DNA of 64,000 nucleotides from an uncultured Gammaproteobacteria bacterium (GTDB lineage Bacteria; Patescibacteriota; Microgenomatia; Levybacterales; GWA1-39-11): NCBI GenBank assembly GCA_964409875.1, contig CAYPEN010000005.1, positions 11,569 to 75,568 of the forward strand, read 5' to 3'. Shown piece by piece: positions 31,364 to 40,222 of this stretch (position 1 is its first letter; each line of letters starts with the position of its first letter). The notes under the pieces were generated by a model. It saw only the letters and a program-made list of their open reading frames with translations, ran no database searches and was not told where the DNA came from. The position numbers and the translations under genes were made by a program.

Positions 31364-32164
31364 TTAAGACTTCAATGCAAGATCGAGAAATGGCATGGCT
31401 GCATCGCGCAATGAAACAAATGCAGGTTTTTCTCCAAGCGCTTCACCGAGTAGGCGCACATCTTTTGCGAGCAAGCCTGCGCCGTGCTTGAAGGCAGCCG
31501 GATTCGGCATTCGTGAACAAACTTCAAAACCGAAACTGCGTCCACTGCTGACTTTAACGAGTTCAATAATTGCAGTGCGATCGATACCGAGCGCTGTTGC
31601 CGCCTCCAAACCGCTGTGCGCGATCGCGACATGGGCTGCCATCAATGCATTGTTGACGAGCTTGGCCATCTGTCCTGCACCGACCTCCCCCAAATGAACG
31701 ATCAACCCTGCAAAGGTTTCTAATATGGGGCGCGCAGCAGCGAGCGCCTCAGCATCGCCACCCACCATAACCGTTAGGGTGCCTGCCGCCGCGCCTGGAC
31801 CGCCGCCACTGACCGGTGCATCAAGGAATGCTATGCCGCGCTCGGCAGCTTGCTTTGCCAGCTTTTTGCATAAATCAGGCTGCACGGTGGAATGAATCAT
31901 GATGCAACCACCGGGGCGCATCGCAGGAATTAACTCATCGCAGATTTGCTGCACGCCAGCATCATCGACGACGCAAATACCGACATGCACCACCTGCGCG
32001 CCCAGCTCGGCAATGCTCTCGGCAATCTCTGCACTGGTGTCCGCAAAAGGTTCGAGGGTCTTGCTATTACGAGCCCAGAGCATAACTGAATAGCCGGCGT
32101 CGATAATGCGCCGAGCCATGGGGCCGCCCTGACTACCCAGACCGATAAACCCTACTTTCGCCAT
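31364..32164 (-). CDS. NAD(P)-dependent 3-hydroxyisobutyrate/6-phosphogluconate-dehydrogenase-like oxidoreductase
   Basis: KVGFIGLGSQGGPMARR Rossmann N-terminus. Length is consistent with HIBADH-type dehydrogenases. Confidence 0.7.
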   Translation of the reverse strand: MAKVGFIGLGSQGGPMARRIIDAGYSVMLWARNSKTLEPFADTSAEIAESIAELGAQVVHVGICVVDDAGVQQICDELIPAMRPGGCIMIHSTVQPDLCKKLAKQAAERGIAFLDAPVSGGGPGAAAGTLTVMVGGDAEALAAARPILETFAGLIVHLGEVGAGQMAKLVNNALMAAHVAIAHSGLEAATALGIDRTAIIELVKVSSGRSFGFEVCSRMPNPAAFKHGAGLLAKDVRLLGEALGEKPAFVSLRDAAMPFLDLALKS

Positions 32165-32329
32165 AACCCTGCCTCAACCGTCAGCCGCGCCGTCATTGGT
32201 GCGGCTTTATGATAGTATCACGCTAAATTAAGTCAATTGACTTATATGTTTTCGTGATAATTTAGGGGTTATGTGCAAAAATTCTAACCAATAGAAAGTC
32301 ATATGACTTACTTTCGGTGAGCAGCAATA

Positions 32330-32995
32330 TTGAGAAACGCTAAAGCAAAGACAACCACGAGAGCATTGGCACCGGCAGCAGATCGTCTTATTGATACGGC
32401 GGAACAGCTCTTTGGCCAGCATGGTATTGAAGGTGTATCTCTGCGGCAGATAAGTACGGCTGCCGGATCGGCAAATAATTATGCCGTTCAGTATCATTTT
32501 GGTGATCTGCTTGGCCTGATCAGAGCCATCACCCGGAAGCGCATGCCCGAGATAGAAGCGTTGCGCGCGCAACTTTTACTCAAAGCCAAGGAGGACGGAA
32601 AGCTTGATGATCTCCGAGCATTATTGGAGATAATTCATCGGCCGATGCTCGAATACACCAATGACCAAGGCGAAAGAGCTTATGCAAAATTCATTTTGGC
32701 GGCGCTGAATTCTCCGATAGCGCGGAATATCGCATCTACCAATGTGCTTGAGACGATGCCCATCGTTGCTCATGTGCTCGATCTGATCTCGGCCTTGCAT
32801 AAAACCATTCCCCCAACGTTACTCACGGAGCGTCAGGGGCTTATCACGTTAATGATGCTGAACAGCATCTTCAATCGCCGCACCTCGTGGACAGATCCTT
32901 CCGCAGATGCCGCACTAATTGATAATGCTTTGGATATGGCGACAGCAGCACTCATGGCGCCTGTATCACCCTCGACACGCAGCTTTTTGCAGTGA
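32330..32995 (+). CDS. TetR-family transcriptional regulator
   Basis: HTH segment LIDTAEQLFGQHGIEGVSLRQISTAAGSANNYAVQYHFGD. Confidence 0.7.
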   Translation: MRNAKAKTTTRALAPAADRLIDTAEQLFGQHGIEGVSLRQISTAAGSANNYAVQYHFGDLLGLIRAITRKRMPEIEALRAQLLLKAKEDGKLDDLRALLEIIHRPMLEYTNDQGERAYAKFILAALNSPIARNIASTNVLETMPIVAHVLDLISALHKTIPPTLLTERQGLITLMMLNSIFNRRTSWTDPSADAALIDNALDMATAALMAPVSPSTRSFLQ

Positions 32996-33213
32996 GCCTG
33001 CAACGTAAATAATAAGCTGCACCACTGCAGACCGATCATTGACTAGGTGTTTTTACATTTTAAAATTAAATATTGGGTGCAATGTAGAATATCAATTGAG
33101 TGAATATCGGCTTCTGGCTTGTACGATCCATTTAATTAGCAAATTCGCAAAGCAGCCACTGGCAAGTTCAATTTCGAATCACATCAATGGCCGCTTCGGC
33201 CGAATATCTGCCC

Positions 33214-33564
33214 CTATTTAGTCGGCATCACCCAGTAGACCAGAAACTCGAACAACAGCGGAACCAGGAACAACAGAAAGCCGATACCCGCCAACAACCA
33301 CAGCGGCCCGGTCCAAACGCCCTTGAAAATCAGCAGTAGCAGAAATGCCGCCCAAACCAATAGGCTCAGCAGGTGGCAAACAAAACCCAGCGGCCCTTGC
33401 AGCCACATTAGAACGATCGAAAGGATGAAACGCAGGCCGTACTTCACCCGATGCGCCAGAACCCCGGCGCACTCCGCGCCGGCATCATCGTCATTCGCCG
33501 CCTCAATACCCTGGGGCGGATCGCCTCCCGGAAATAGGATCACTTTGCCGTCCTTCTCGCGCAT
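33214..33564 (-). CDS. Small polytopic membrane protein (unknown function)
   Basis: 116 aa with 3-4 predicted TM helices. Confidence 0.35.
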   Translation of the reverse strand: MREKDGKVILFPGGDPPQGIEAANDDDAGAECAGVLAHRVKYGLRFILSIVLMWLQGPLGFVCHLLSLLVWAAFLLLLIFKGVWTGPLWLLAGIGFLLFLVPLLFEFLVYWVMPTK

Positions 33565-33569
33565 GGCCG

Positions 33570-33818
33570 CTATCCTGTCGTTGGATCCAGAAAATCACTC
33601 GCCAATTGTGCCAGCTGCAAATGGTTCTGGTGGATCACCTGCAATTGTCGTTGCAAGGTTTCACAATCGCCCACCAAGAATGCGCTCAATTCTGGAAGTC
33701 GCTCGATCACGCGCAGCAAACAAATGACGTGCTCGCGCTCCTGTATCTGCAACCGTCGCCGTGCGCCGATGTTCGGCGGCTGGCTGATATAATTCCGCGT
33801 AGCCATTCGACACCTCAT
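33570..33818 (-). CDS. Hypothetical small protein
   Basis: 82-aa ORF directly upstream of the membrane protein on the same strand. A plus-strand ORF overlaps it, so the coding call is weak. Confidence 0.2.
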   Translation of the reverse strand: MRCRMATRNYISQPPNIGARRRLQIQEREHVICLLRVIERLPELSAFLVGDCETLQRQLQVIHQNHLQLAQLASDFLDPTTG

Positions 33819-33884
33819 CGCGTCGTTTGGTCAGATAGCGGTTGAGGGTTGCCGCCCTCAGCCGCTATCGCCTTTAACTGGATT

Positions 33885-34277
33885 TCAGGCTTCAGCCTTT
33901 CCCAGCTCTGCGCGCTTGATTGCACCTGGCGCACCGAAGCGGAAGCTATCAACGATAAATTCGTAACCGAAGCGTTCGACCTTGTCCTTGTCGATAAAAT
34001 TGTTGTTGCGCATGGCGTAGAAGACAATCAATTGATCGCCCTGCGCAACGTGGTCGCGGATGGTTTCTGCTTTTGCTCCAAACGCGGTGAAGCGAATCGA
34101 TAGGGTGCGCGACTTAGCGCCGCTATCGTCCTGACCGGCATAGACGTTATCGATCAGTACGAAATTGGTAACTTTCGTATCACCGTGCTTTGCATATTCC
34201 GGGGCGAAGGCAACGCGGCCTACAAAGGTCGAAACGATTGCCGGATTGTTGGGATAGTTGCGTTCTTCATTGCTCAT
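33885..34277 (-). CDS. ssb: Single-stranded DNA-binding protein (short plasmid-type SSB, OB-fold)
   Basis: 130 aa. VTNFVLIDNV...TLSIRFTAFGAKAE...GDQLIVFYAMRNNNFIDKDGKVERFGYEFIVDSF follows the SSB OB-fold pattern. No acidic C-terminal tail. Confidence 0.6.
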   Translation of the reverse strand: MSNEERNYPNNPAIVSTFVGRVAFAPEYAKHGDTKVTNFVLIDNVYAGQDDSGAKSRTLSIRFTAFGAKAETIRDHVAQGDQLIVFYAMRNNNFIDKDKVERFGYEFIVDSFRFGAPGAIKRAELGKAEA

Positions 34278-34317
34278 GGTCTTTCTCCTAAAAGATTAAA
34301 ACTGTCCATCAAAGCCG

Positions 34318-34881
34318 CTAGGCATACCAGGAACACGAAACGGGGCGGCCATCCCATAAGTGTGCGTATTTTCTACCATCGATTTGCAGCGCGTTCTCTG
34401 ACGCAGCTCTCGCGCTGAATACTTCGCCGCAAAATTGGCCGGGCAACGGCGCCGACGTTCCTGCCATCGCGTGTTTTGAGTGCTCGACAATCTCTGCTTT
34501 CAGCTCTCGAAGTAACACGGTCTTTTCGCCTTTCAGCCCGACCACTTCGTAAAAGTCCACGTTGGTTTGTTCGTAGCCCCAGGTCGTATAAACAATCTGT
34601 CCGACTTGCAGCGAGCATTGAAAATGTTTCTTCGCCTCACGCACGGCGGCCTTCACTTCTTCGTCCCGTTGCAGACCGGCAAACCACTTGTTGATCGCGT
34701 TGCCTCTGGATTCTTCGCTACCGTAGCGATGATGAAACGCGGCCTTCACTGCCTTGCCTTTGTAACCCACAGCGCAACACGTACCGCGTGCGTCCTTGTA
34801 CAAATACGCGATGGCGCGCAGACTTTCGCGCTCGATGACTTCGGCGTTCTGGGGAACCCAACGGCTTGCGATCTTCTTCAT
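34318..34881 (-). CDS. Conserved plasmid hypothetical protein (leading-region type)
   Basis: Start placed at MKKIASRWVP (34881). The AT-rich promoter-like element lies immediately upstream. Confidence 0.4.
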   Translation of the reverse strand: MKKIASRWVPQNAEVIERESLRAIAYLYKDARGTCCAVGYKGKAVKAAFHHRYGSEESRGNAINKWFAGLQRDEEVKAAVREAKKHFQCSLQVGQIVYTTWGYEQTNVDFYEVVGLKGEKTVLLRELKAEIVEHSKHAMAGTSAPLPGQFCGEVFSARAASENALQIDGRKYAHLWDGRPVSCSWYA

Positions 34882-34919
34882 GGCGGAACGTCCTGATCCG
34901 TTACTGTAGGTGTCATTAT

Positions 34920-34965
34920 AATTTATATATAGATATAGTACACGTATAAATATATACTGTTTCGG
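34920..34965 (-). promoter_or_regulatory. AT-rich promoter-like element, copy 1 (shared with 39655-39700)
   Basis: atttatatatagatatagtacacgtataaatatatactg. A near-identical element precedes the ardC-like gene: both share ATATAG..ATAGTACA..TATAAATATA. Confidence 0.45.
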
Positions 34966-35393
34966 AGTGATGTTGCGGCCCCTTAGATCGCCGTGATTGC
35001 GATGTTGGCCTTTCGCGCGCTGATCTTTGGTGGGGTTGAAGCGGGGCAAAAAATGGAGCGGCGCTTGCGCCTGCATTGCTGTCAGCAGAGTCTTTTAGCG
35101 TCTGTTCTTCGGAGCCGGTTGTTAGCGGGTAGGCGGTGGGTAGTTCGGTGGTCGTCGGCTGCAAGCGCACCGTGGAATACCGCAGGCCCAGCGGGTTGAG
35201 GATATGCCGCGAAAGGCGCTTGAGCGCAGCGTCCGCCATCGGATGACCGCCGTGCTAAACCAAAGGCCCCGCCAATCCCGGCTTTGAATGCCGTCGATAC
35301 GACCGTCACAAAATGGCTTATTTATAGGGCTTTTCGAGCGGTGCGTTGGTGGTTGCTGTATACTGAACAAGCAGATTACAGAGGGCCAAACCA

Positions 35394-35723
35394 ATGGCAT
35401 TCGTAAGCGATGTACAGGAAAGGGAAGTTATCGACAGGGACATTCTGCCACTTCAAATTGTCGATATCGAAGTGGCGCTGGATCTTTGCAACGATGTGAT
35501 GGCTATCATCAACAAGCAAATGGATCACCTCGAACAATCTGGCAATTCCGATCAGTCGGCGATGGCCGCGCTGCACGCGCTGCAACATCAATTTGCGCAT
35601 GACATGCGCAGTGATTTGACCCGTGACAACATGCCTCATGTGCGCGAGTTCATCGTGACCTATGCGCCGCAGGTGAAGCGTTATTACGAATCGGGCGAAG
35701 TGCCTCCCTTCATTCAGGGCTGA
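35394..35723 (+). CDS. Hypothetical small acidic protein, candidate antitoxin for the downstream zeta-like toxin
   Basis: 109 aa, ends 12 bp before the zeta-toxin-family gene on the same strand. Confidence 0.3.
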   Translation: MAFVSDVQEREVIDRDILPLQIVDIEVALDLCNDVMAIINKQMDHLEQSGNSDQSAMAALHALQHQFAHDMRSDLTRDNMPHVREFIVTYAPQVKRYYESGEVPPFIQG

Positions 35724-35734
35724 CATGAGATTAC

Positions 35735-36913
35735 ATGGATAGTAATTCAAAGCACCATCTAACACCTGCAGATCACGAACACCGCTATCTCACTCGAATA
35801 AAGCCCCGCTATTTGGATGCGGTGATTCCGGCCGCGTCTCCGCGCGCAATTATTCTTGGTGGGCAAAGTGGTGCCGGCAAAAGCATCATCGCTGAAGCGG
35901 CCATGATGGAGCTGGGCGGGGCCACCTCAGCAGTGCGCATCGATACCGATGCACTGCGCACCTTCCATCCTAATTACGAAGACCTCGCCAAATCCGGCAA
36001 AAAGGCCAGCAACGAAACGCAGTACGACGCGCAGCGGTGGCGCGATCGGCTCGAAACCGACGCGATCAACAGCCGCCGCAACCTTGTTATCGATACAACG
36101 CTCGGGTGGCCGGATTCCGCGGTTGAAACAGCGCAACGATTGCAAAAGGCCGGGTATCAGGTTGAGGCGCGCGTCATCTCGGCGCACAGCGCGGAATCGC
36201 AACTGGGTACCGCTGCCCGGTATTTCGAGCAGGTCCTGCACAAAGGCGCCGGCCGCTGGGTTGATCGCGAGTATCACGATTCAGTTTACAACCGCGTTCC
36301 TCAATCGCTCGAAGCATTCGAGCAGAAAAAGTTGGTCGCGGCGATTCATGTAATCAATCGCGAAGGCGACGCCGTACATTCGCAAACGCTTGATTTGTCG
36401 AAAGCCTGGTCAACCGAAAAAATGGCATCACAAGCGCTGCGCGAGAATCGCGAGTCCAGGGTTAAGGATCCGGCCGTCGTGTCCAGGCACTTCAAAGGCT
36501 GGGATGCGCTCGAAAAAACCCTCGACGTTCTACAGGTATCAGGAAAAGACCGCGAGGATCTAGCCGCGTTGCGGCGCGAGCATGAATTGGAACTGCTGGG
36601 CAAAGTACAAAAGCGAGGCGAAAAGGCCGAGGCGTTTTTGAATGAAAAACCAGTCGATGCGCTGCGCCGATTTCCCGATGATGAGAACGTTAAGAATGCG
36701 TTTGTGGTACTCAATGAGGCCGTCAAATTTGCCAAAACGATGGAAAATAAAGCGCTTCAACAGCTCGTTGTTCAAGACGTAAGGCGTCGCCTTGCCGACA
36801 GCCTGGACACAGGAAAGGAAATTCCAAAGGTTGCGACGCGAGACTACGACCAGCTATCCAGAAACCTGGAGCAGCGGGGGCCAACCAAAAAAGACGATGG
36901 CCCGGAGCGATAG
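35735..36913 (+). CDS. Zeta-toxin-family P-loop kinase with ~150-aa C-terminal extension
   Basis: Walker A ILGGQSGAGKS matches the zeta toxin ILGGQPGSGKT core. Followed by a D..D-containing segment, then a long charged coiled-coil-like tail. Confidence 0.55.
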   Translation: MDSNSKHHLTPADHEHRYLTRIKPRYLDAVIPAASPRAIILGGQSGAGKSIIAEAAMMELGGATSAVRIDTDALRTFHPNYEDLAKSGKKASNETQYDAQRWRDRLETDAINSRRNLVIDTTLGWPDSAVETAQRLQKAGYQVEARVISAHSAESQLGTAARYFEQVLHKGAGRWVDREYHDSVYNRVPQSLEAFEQKKLVAAIHVINREGDAVHSQTLDLSKAWSTEKMASQALRENRESRVKDPAVVSRHFKGWDALEKTLDVLQVSGKDREDLAALRREHELELLGKVQKRGEKAEAFLNEKPVDALRRFPDDENVKNAFVVLNEAVKFAKTMENKALQQLVVQDVRRRLADSLDTGKEIPKVATRDYDQLSRNLEQRGPTKKDDGPER

Positions 36914-36963
36914 CAGCCGGCTTCAGCCCTCGCCGTTAACGCTCACTCAACACACGCACACGA

Positions 36964-37158
36964 TCACGCTTTTTTGTTGCACTGTTCCGCCTTTGCGTTT
37001 AAAACCTGAAATGTCACACCACCGTCCCATTCCAAAATGACCGGAGCAAAGCAATACTCGCACTTGGAAGCATCGCCATCATGGCTGTCATCGGGCAAAC
37101 GCAATTCGCCATGCCTCTTACATTCAGAGCAGCGATACACATACAACACGCTATCCAT
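36964..37158 (-). CDS. Small zinc-ribbon protein
   Basis: 64 aa with two CxxC pairs (CSECKRHG ... CEYCF). Confidence 0.35.
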   Translation of the reverse strand: MDSVLYVYRCSECKRHGELRLPDDSHDGDASKCEYCFAPVILEWDGGVTFQVLNAKAEQCNKKA

Positions 37159-37163
37159 TTTCC

Positions 37164-37388
37164 CTAACCTCGCGGGTGTGCTTTAGCCATCGCATGGCTA
37201 ACCAGACTACGGGCGCCGCAATACACATCGGCGTCTTTGTTGGTTTCAGTGCAATAGCCTTTTAAATGAGGGCCATCCCCCATAAGCGCAAGAACAGCTA
37301 TTGCATCAATTACATCAGACTCCAGTACAAAACCACGATGCTCTTCAAGAAATTTTGTTACCAATGCTGTAAGTGGTCTGTCCGACAT
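37164..37388 (-). CDS. Hypothetical protein
   Basis: Start placed at MSDRPL. Sits in a compact minus-strand gene run. Confidence 0.3.
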   Translation of the reverse strand: MSDRPLTALVTKFLEEHRGFVLESDVIDAIAVLALMGDGPHLKGYCTETNKDADVYCGARSLVSHAMAKAHPRG

Positions 37389-37407
37389 ATCCCTCACCTC
37401 AAGCGCT

Positions 37408-37683
37408 TTAGCGGCGCGCCCCAATCAATGTCAATGGAATGTCGTGGCCAGACAATTTTAATAACTCCCTGCCATCGTCGCGCACCTGCTTCGGTGTCAT
37501 TCGATTCGCGGCTGCGACGGAAATACCGTAGCAAACCCGATTGACACCAAGGGCCGTTGCGGCGGCCTTTAAGGCAGGCGCGCGCAGCTCATGCGGCAAG
37601 TGATTAATCAGAGTTGCTTTAGCCTCAAACTCACCATGTGCTCCGAACGCAAGATACTTCGGAATCTCCATTGGTAGCTCCAT
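37408..37683 (-). CDS. Hypothetical protein
   Basis: 91-aa ORF in the same co-directional run. Confidence 0.3.
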   Translation of the reverse strand: MELPMEIPKYLAFGAHGEFEAKATLINHLPHELRAPALKAAATALGVNRVCYGISVAAANRMTPKQVRDDGRELLKLSGHDIPLTLIGARR

Positions 37684-37696
37684 TTTTTTTACTCCC

Positions 37697-38200
37697 TTAT
37701 GGCCAAAACGGATCGGTCATCCAGTCGGTGATAATCCTGATCTCGTCCCTGTCGAGCACTGCCGCCGCGTCAGTGAAGTCGAAATCGAATTTATCCTGGC
37801 CAAGCCAAACACCTAGATAAAATCGCGCCATGATCGCCTCGCCGTGCGAGGCGACCCCCAAAAAGTTTTCCACTCGTTCCGGCAAATATTCAGCACGGCT
37901 CATGTCCCAAAGGCTCGCCAGATAAGGGGCGCGCTTCAACATCTGGGCAAAACGGGTTTGGCTGTCATTCAACTTAATATTCGCCTGCACTTTACTTGAC
38001 CTCCCATTTGTTGATGAGCATGGTGGACTCGTAAGCTGGAAGTGGGCACTGTTGCCGCCACTCCAAGCGCCTACACGCCGTGCCCGCTCTCGATACCAAT
38101 GCCCAATGGTATTAGCCTTGTTCGCGGGCCGCCAGCGCCTTGATAACTTCGCGGCCGTGCCAGCGGCCGGCATGGTTGAGCTGCCGCACCCAGGCACCAC
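37697..38200 (-). CDS. Hypothetical protein (start uncertain)
   Basis: C-terminal region (MSRAEYLPERVENFLGV...ITDWMTDPFWP) looks protein-like. The N-terminal part of the ORF overlaps the upstream gene, so the real start is probably near 37960. Confidence 0.3.
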   Translation of the reverse strand: MVPGCGSSTMPAAGTAAKLSRRWRPANKANTIGHWYRERARRVGAWSGGNSAHFQLTSPPCSSTNGRSSKVQANIKLNDSQTRFAQMLKRAPYLASLWDMSRAEYLPERVENFLGVASHGEAIMARFYLGVWLGQDKFDFDFTDAAAVLDRDEIRIITDWMTDPFWP

Positions 38201-38894
38201 GGCTCGGACTCCACTTGAACGCCTCGCGCTTTAGAATCGTGTGAATTGCGTCATCAGGCTTGCCGGGGAAGACGAACATAACCCGGTTTTCCTCGGTATT
38301 TTCTCGATAGATGAAGCCGTCGTATTGCTCCTCGATATCCTGTTCGCAGGCCTTCGCTTCCAAATCCTTGATGCGCTGACGCACGCGGCGAATTTCCGCA
38401 TTATTGTTTTGCAGGCTGTAGGTGGCAAAGCCGGTACGGCCGCAATAGTCCGGCGTTTTCAGGTCGGTTATCTGTTGCTCGGTAAAGCCGAGCGCCGCCA
38501 GGGCGTCGTCGTCCTTTCTGCGCAATGCAGCATTCGCCGCTTTGATCGTCGCTTGCGAACGCTCCAGGTTGTCGAGTTTGCCGCGGAGCTTACTGATCGC
38601 GTCGGGATCGTCCGACGAAATCCCGGCCGTGCCGACACCGGCCGCGCGCTGTTCGAGTGTGTCGGCCTGTTTGTCCAGTTCAAAGGCTTTGCCGAAAGTG
38701 TTGTGTATTTTGTCGCGAAATCGGCGATCTCGGCCCTCGGAATGGTGTCCAACCAAAATGGGCTGTCCAAAGGGAATCGCGGAGGCCATGCCACGCGCGC
38801 GTTTATGGGCTGACTGGCCGGCGTTGCGTGCCTTGTCGGCGCGATCAAGTAGCCGTTGGCGGCGGGCTTCCTGGCGTTCTTCGTAGCGGTTCAT
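38112..38894 (-). CDS. DUF3560-domain protein (common in conjugative-plasmid leading regions)
   Basis: MNRYEERQEARRQRLLDRA...FGQPILVGHHSE...ISSDDPDAISKLR matches the DUF3560 signature. Start placed at MNRYEE. Confidence 0.6.
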   Translation of the reverse strand: MNRYEERQEARRQRLLDRADKARNAGQSAHKRARGMASAIPFGQPILVGHHSEGRDRRFRDKIHNTFGKAFELDKQADTLEQRAAGVGTAGISSDDPDAISKLRGKLDNLERSQATIKAANAALRRKDDDALAALGFTEQQITDLKTPDYCGRTGFATYSLQNNNAEIRRVRQRIKDLEAKACEQDIEEQYDGFIYRENTEENRVMFVFPGKPDDAIHTILKREAFKWSPSRGAWVRQLNHAGRWHGREVIKALAAREQG

Positions 38895-38923
38895 GGGTGT
38901 AGCTCCTTGCTGTTGTTGGCGGT

Positions 38924-39253
38924 TCAAACTTGAATTGAATTCGTCCAGTCGCTGTGCTGGTTCATCACGGCGACAAAGCCATCCAGGTCGCCCTCGGCGA
39001 AGCCGTAATCGCAAACCACGTCCTCGGCGTTGCCAGGGACCAAATAGACGCTGTGCGCGGCACTGCCACTGCTGAAAGTGATCCAGGATTCATCGACGCT
39101 AAACACGATTTCCAGCGCCTCGGCTTCGGTGCTGTTGCGGAAAACCTCGCCGCCATCGTCAATTTTCGCGATGGCCCAGCCAGCGGCTTTCATCATCCGA
39201 ATCAGCTTCCGCACAATCCGTTGTTCCAATGCAATGCGTGCTTCGTTGTTCAT
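38924..39253 (-). CDS. Hypothetical protein
   Basis: 109 aa, acidic, in the same co-directional run. Confidence 0.3.
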   Translation of the reverse strand: MNNEARIALEQRIVRKLIRMMKAAGWAIAKIDDGGEVFRNSTEAEALEIVFSVDESWITFSSGSAAHSVYLVPGNAEDVVCDYGFAEGDLDGFVAVMNQHSDWTNSIQV

Positions 39254-39299
39254 GCGGTCACCTTGCGGAATAGAGCGGGGGATGCGGCCCCGCCGGGGA

Positions 39300-39612
39300 T
39301 CAATTGAGCGGGTCGGTTTGGCTGATATGAAAAACCGTCGTGGTGCGGGACTTGGTTACCGGTAGCTGGATGTTGTCGCCCAGTTTCTTCGTACACTCGA
39401 TGACGGTGACAACTTTCACGCCGTGCTCGCCTTTGCGTACCGTGCGGCCGAGCGCTTTCCAGGCATTGAACGTAAAGACGTTTTCGCGCGGACGTATCTC
39501 GGCAGCGGGGATGCCTTTCTCCAGGAATCCGTCGAAAATGGCGGGGTAGTTAGTGAGCTTCTGGCCGGCCACGGCGCGGGAAAGGGCTTGTTGCTGAATG
39601 GCTTCGTTCTTC
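39300..39612 (-). CDS. ArdC N-terminal-domain-like ssDNA-binding protein (short, no metalloprotease domain)
   Basis: Start at MKNEAIQQ. YPAIFDGF...NVFTFNAWKALGRTVRKGEHGVKVV...TTVFHISQT parallels the ArdC-N pattern (P.NA.SG..Y.G.N...W.TF.QA..LG..VRKGE.G..VV...VFN..QT). Confidence 0.45.
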
Positions 39613-39654
39613 ATCGCGGTATCCTTGTCGCTGCGTGAATTTGATGAAACCATT

Positions 39655-39700
39655 TTATCAATATATATGCGTATAGTACATCTATAAATATAGATTAAAT
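39655..39700 (-). promoter_or_regulatory. AT-rich promoter-like element, copy 2
   Basis: atcaatatatatgcgtatagtacatctataaatatagattaa, directly upstream of the ardC-like gene. Near-identical to 34920-34965. Confidence 0.45.
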
Positions 39701-39734
39701 GGGTTTTGAAATCCCCTTTTTTATGCCTTTTCAA

Positions 39735-40220
39735 CTGGAATTTAGTTTGCGAAAGCTGTCACAACTCCAGCCGAAACACCGGAAAATACCGCATTGGATT
39801 TGACACAATTCCTATATCGGCTAATGAGCTTTTTCGAAAAGGTCGTGGCTGCCTTCAGTGTCAAGGGAAATGACGGGGGGCCCCTTCGGGGTTCCGTAGG
39901 CGCGACCGTGCCGCTATTTCCCTTGATACGTCAATGAGTTAAAAGCCTTCTGGCAAGGGGCATAGATCGCTTCGCGACTATGCCCCCGAGCCCCAGCGGG
40001 CAGTAAAGCGCTCCCTTCCTTGAGGAAGGGCGGGGGGATGGTAAAGGCCAGGCGATGGAAGCCCAGGCATAGCCGAGGGTCGGGACAGTGGCCCGACTGC
40101 GCAGCAGCAAGGTAGAGCGCGCAGCGCGTTCCGGTGCCGCGCAGCGGCAGGCCCCAAAGACGCACAAACTTGAGGTTCGCTAAAACGTTATTGCATGTAT
40201 TGACATAACAAAATATATAG
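39735..40220. other. Hairpin-rich GC-rich non-coding region between leading-region genes and virB1 (candidate oriT/ssi/ncRNA)
   Basis: Multiple perfect stem-loops: GCCCTTCCttgagGGAAGGGC, GGGCATAGatcgcttcgcgaCTATGCCC and GTCGGGacagtggCCCGAC. No ORF with protein-like composition. Confidence 0.35.
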
Positions 40221-40222
40221 TT

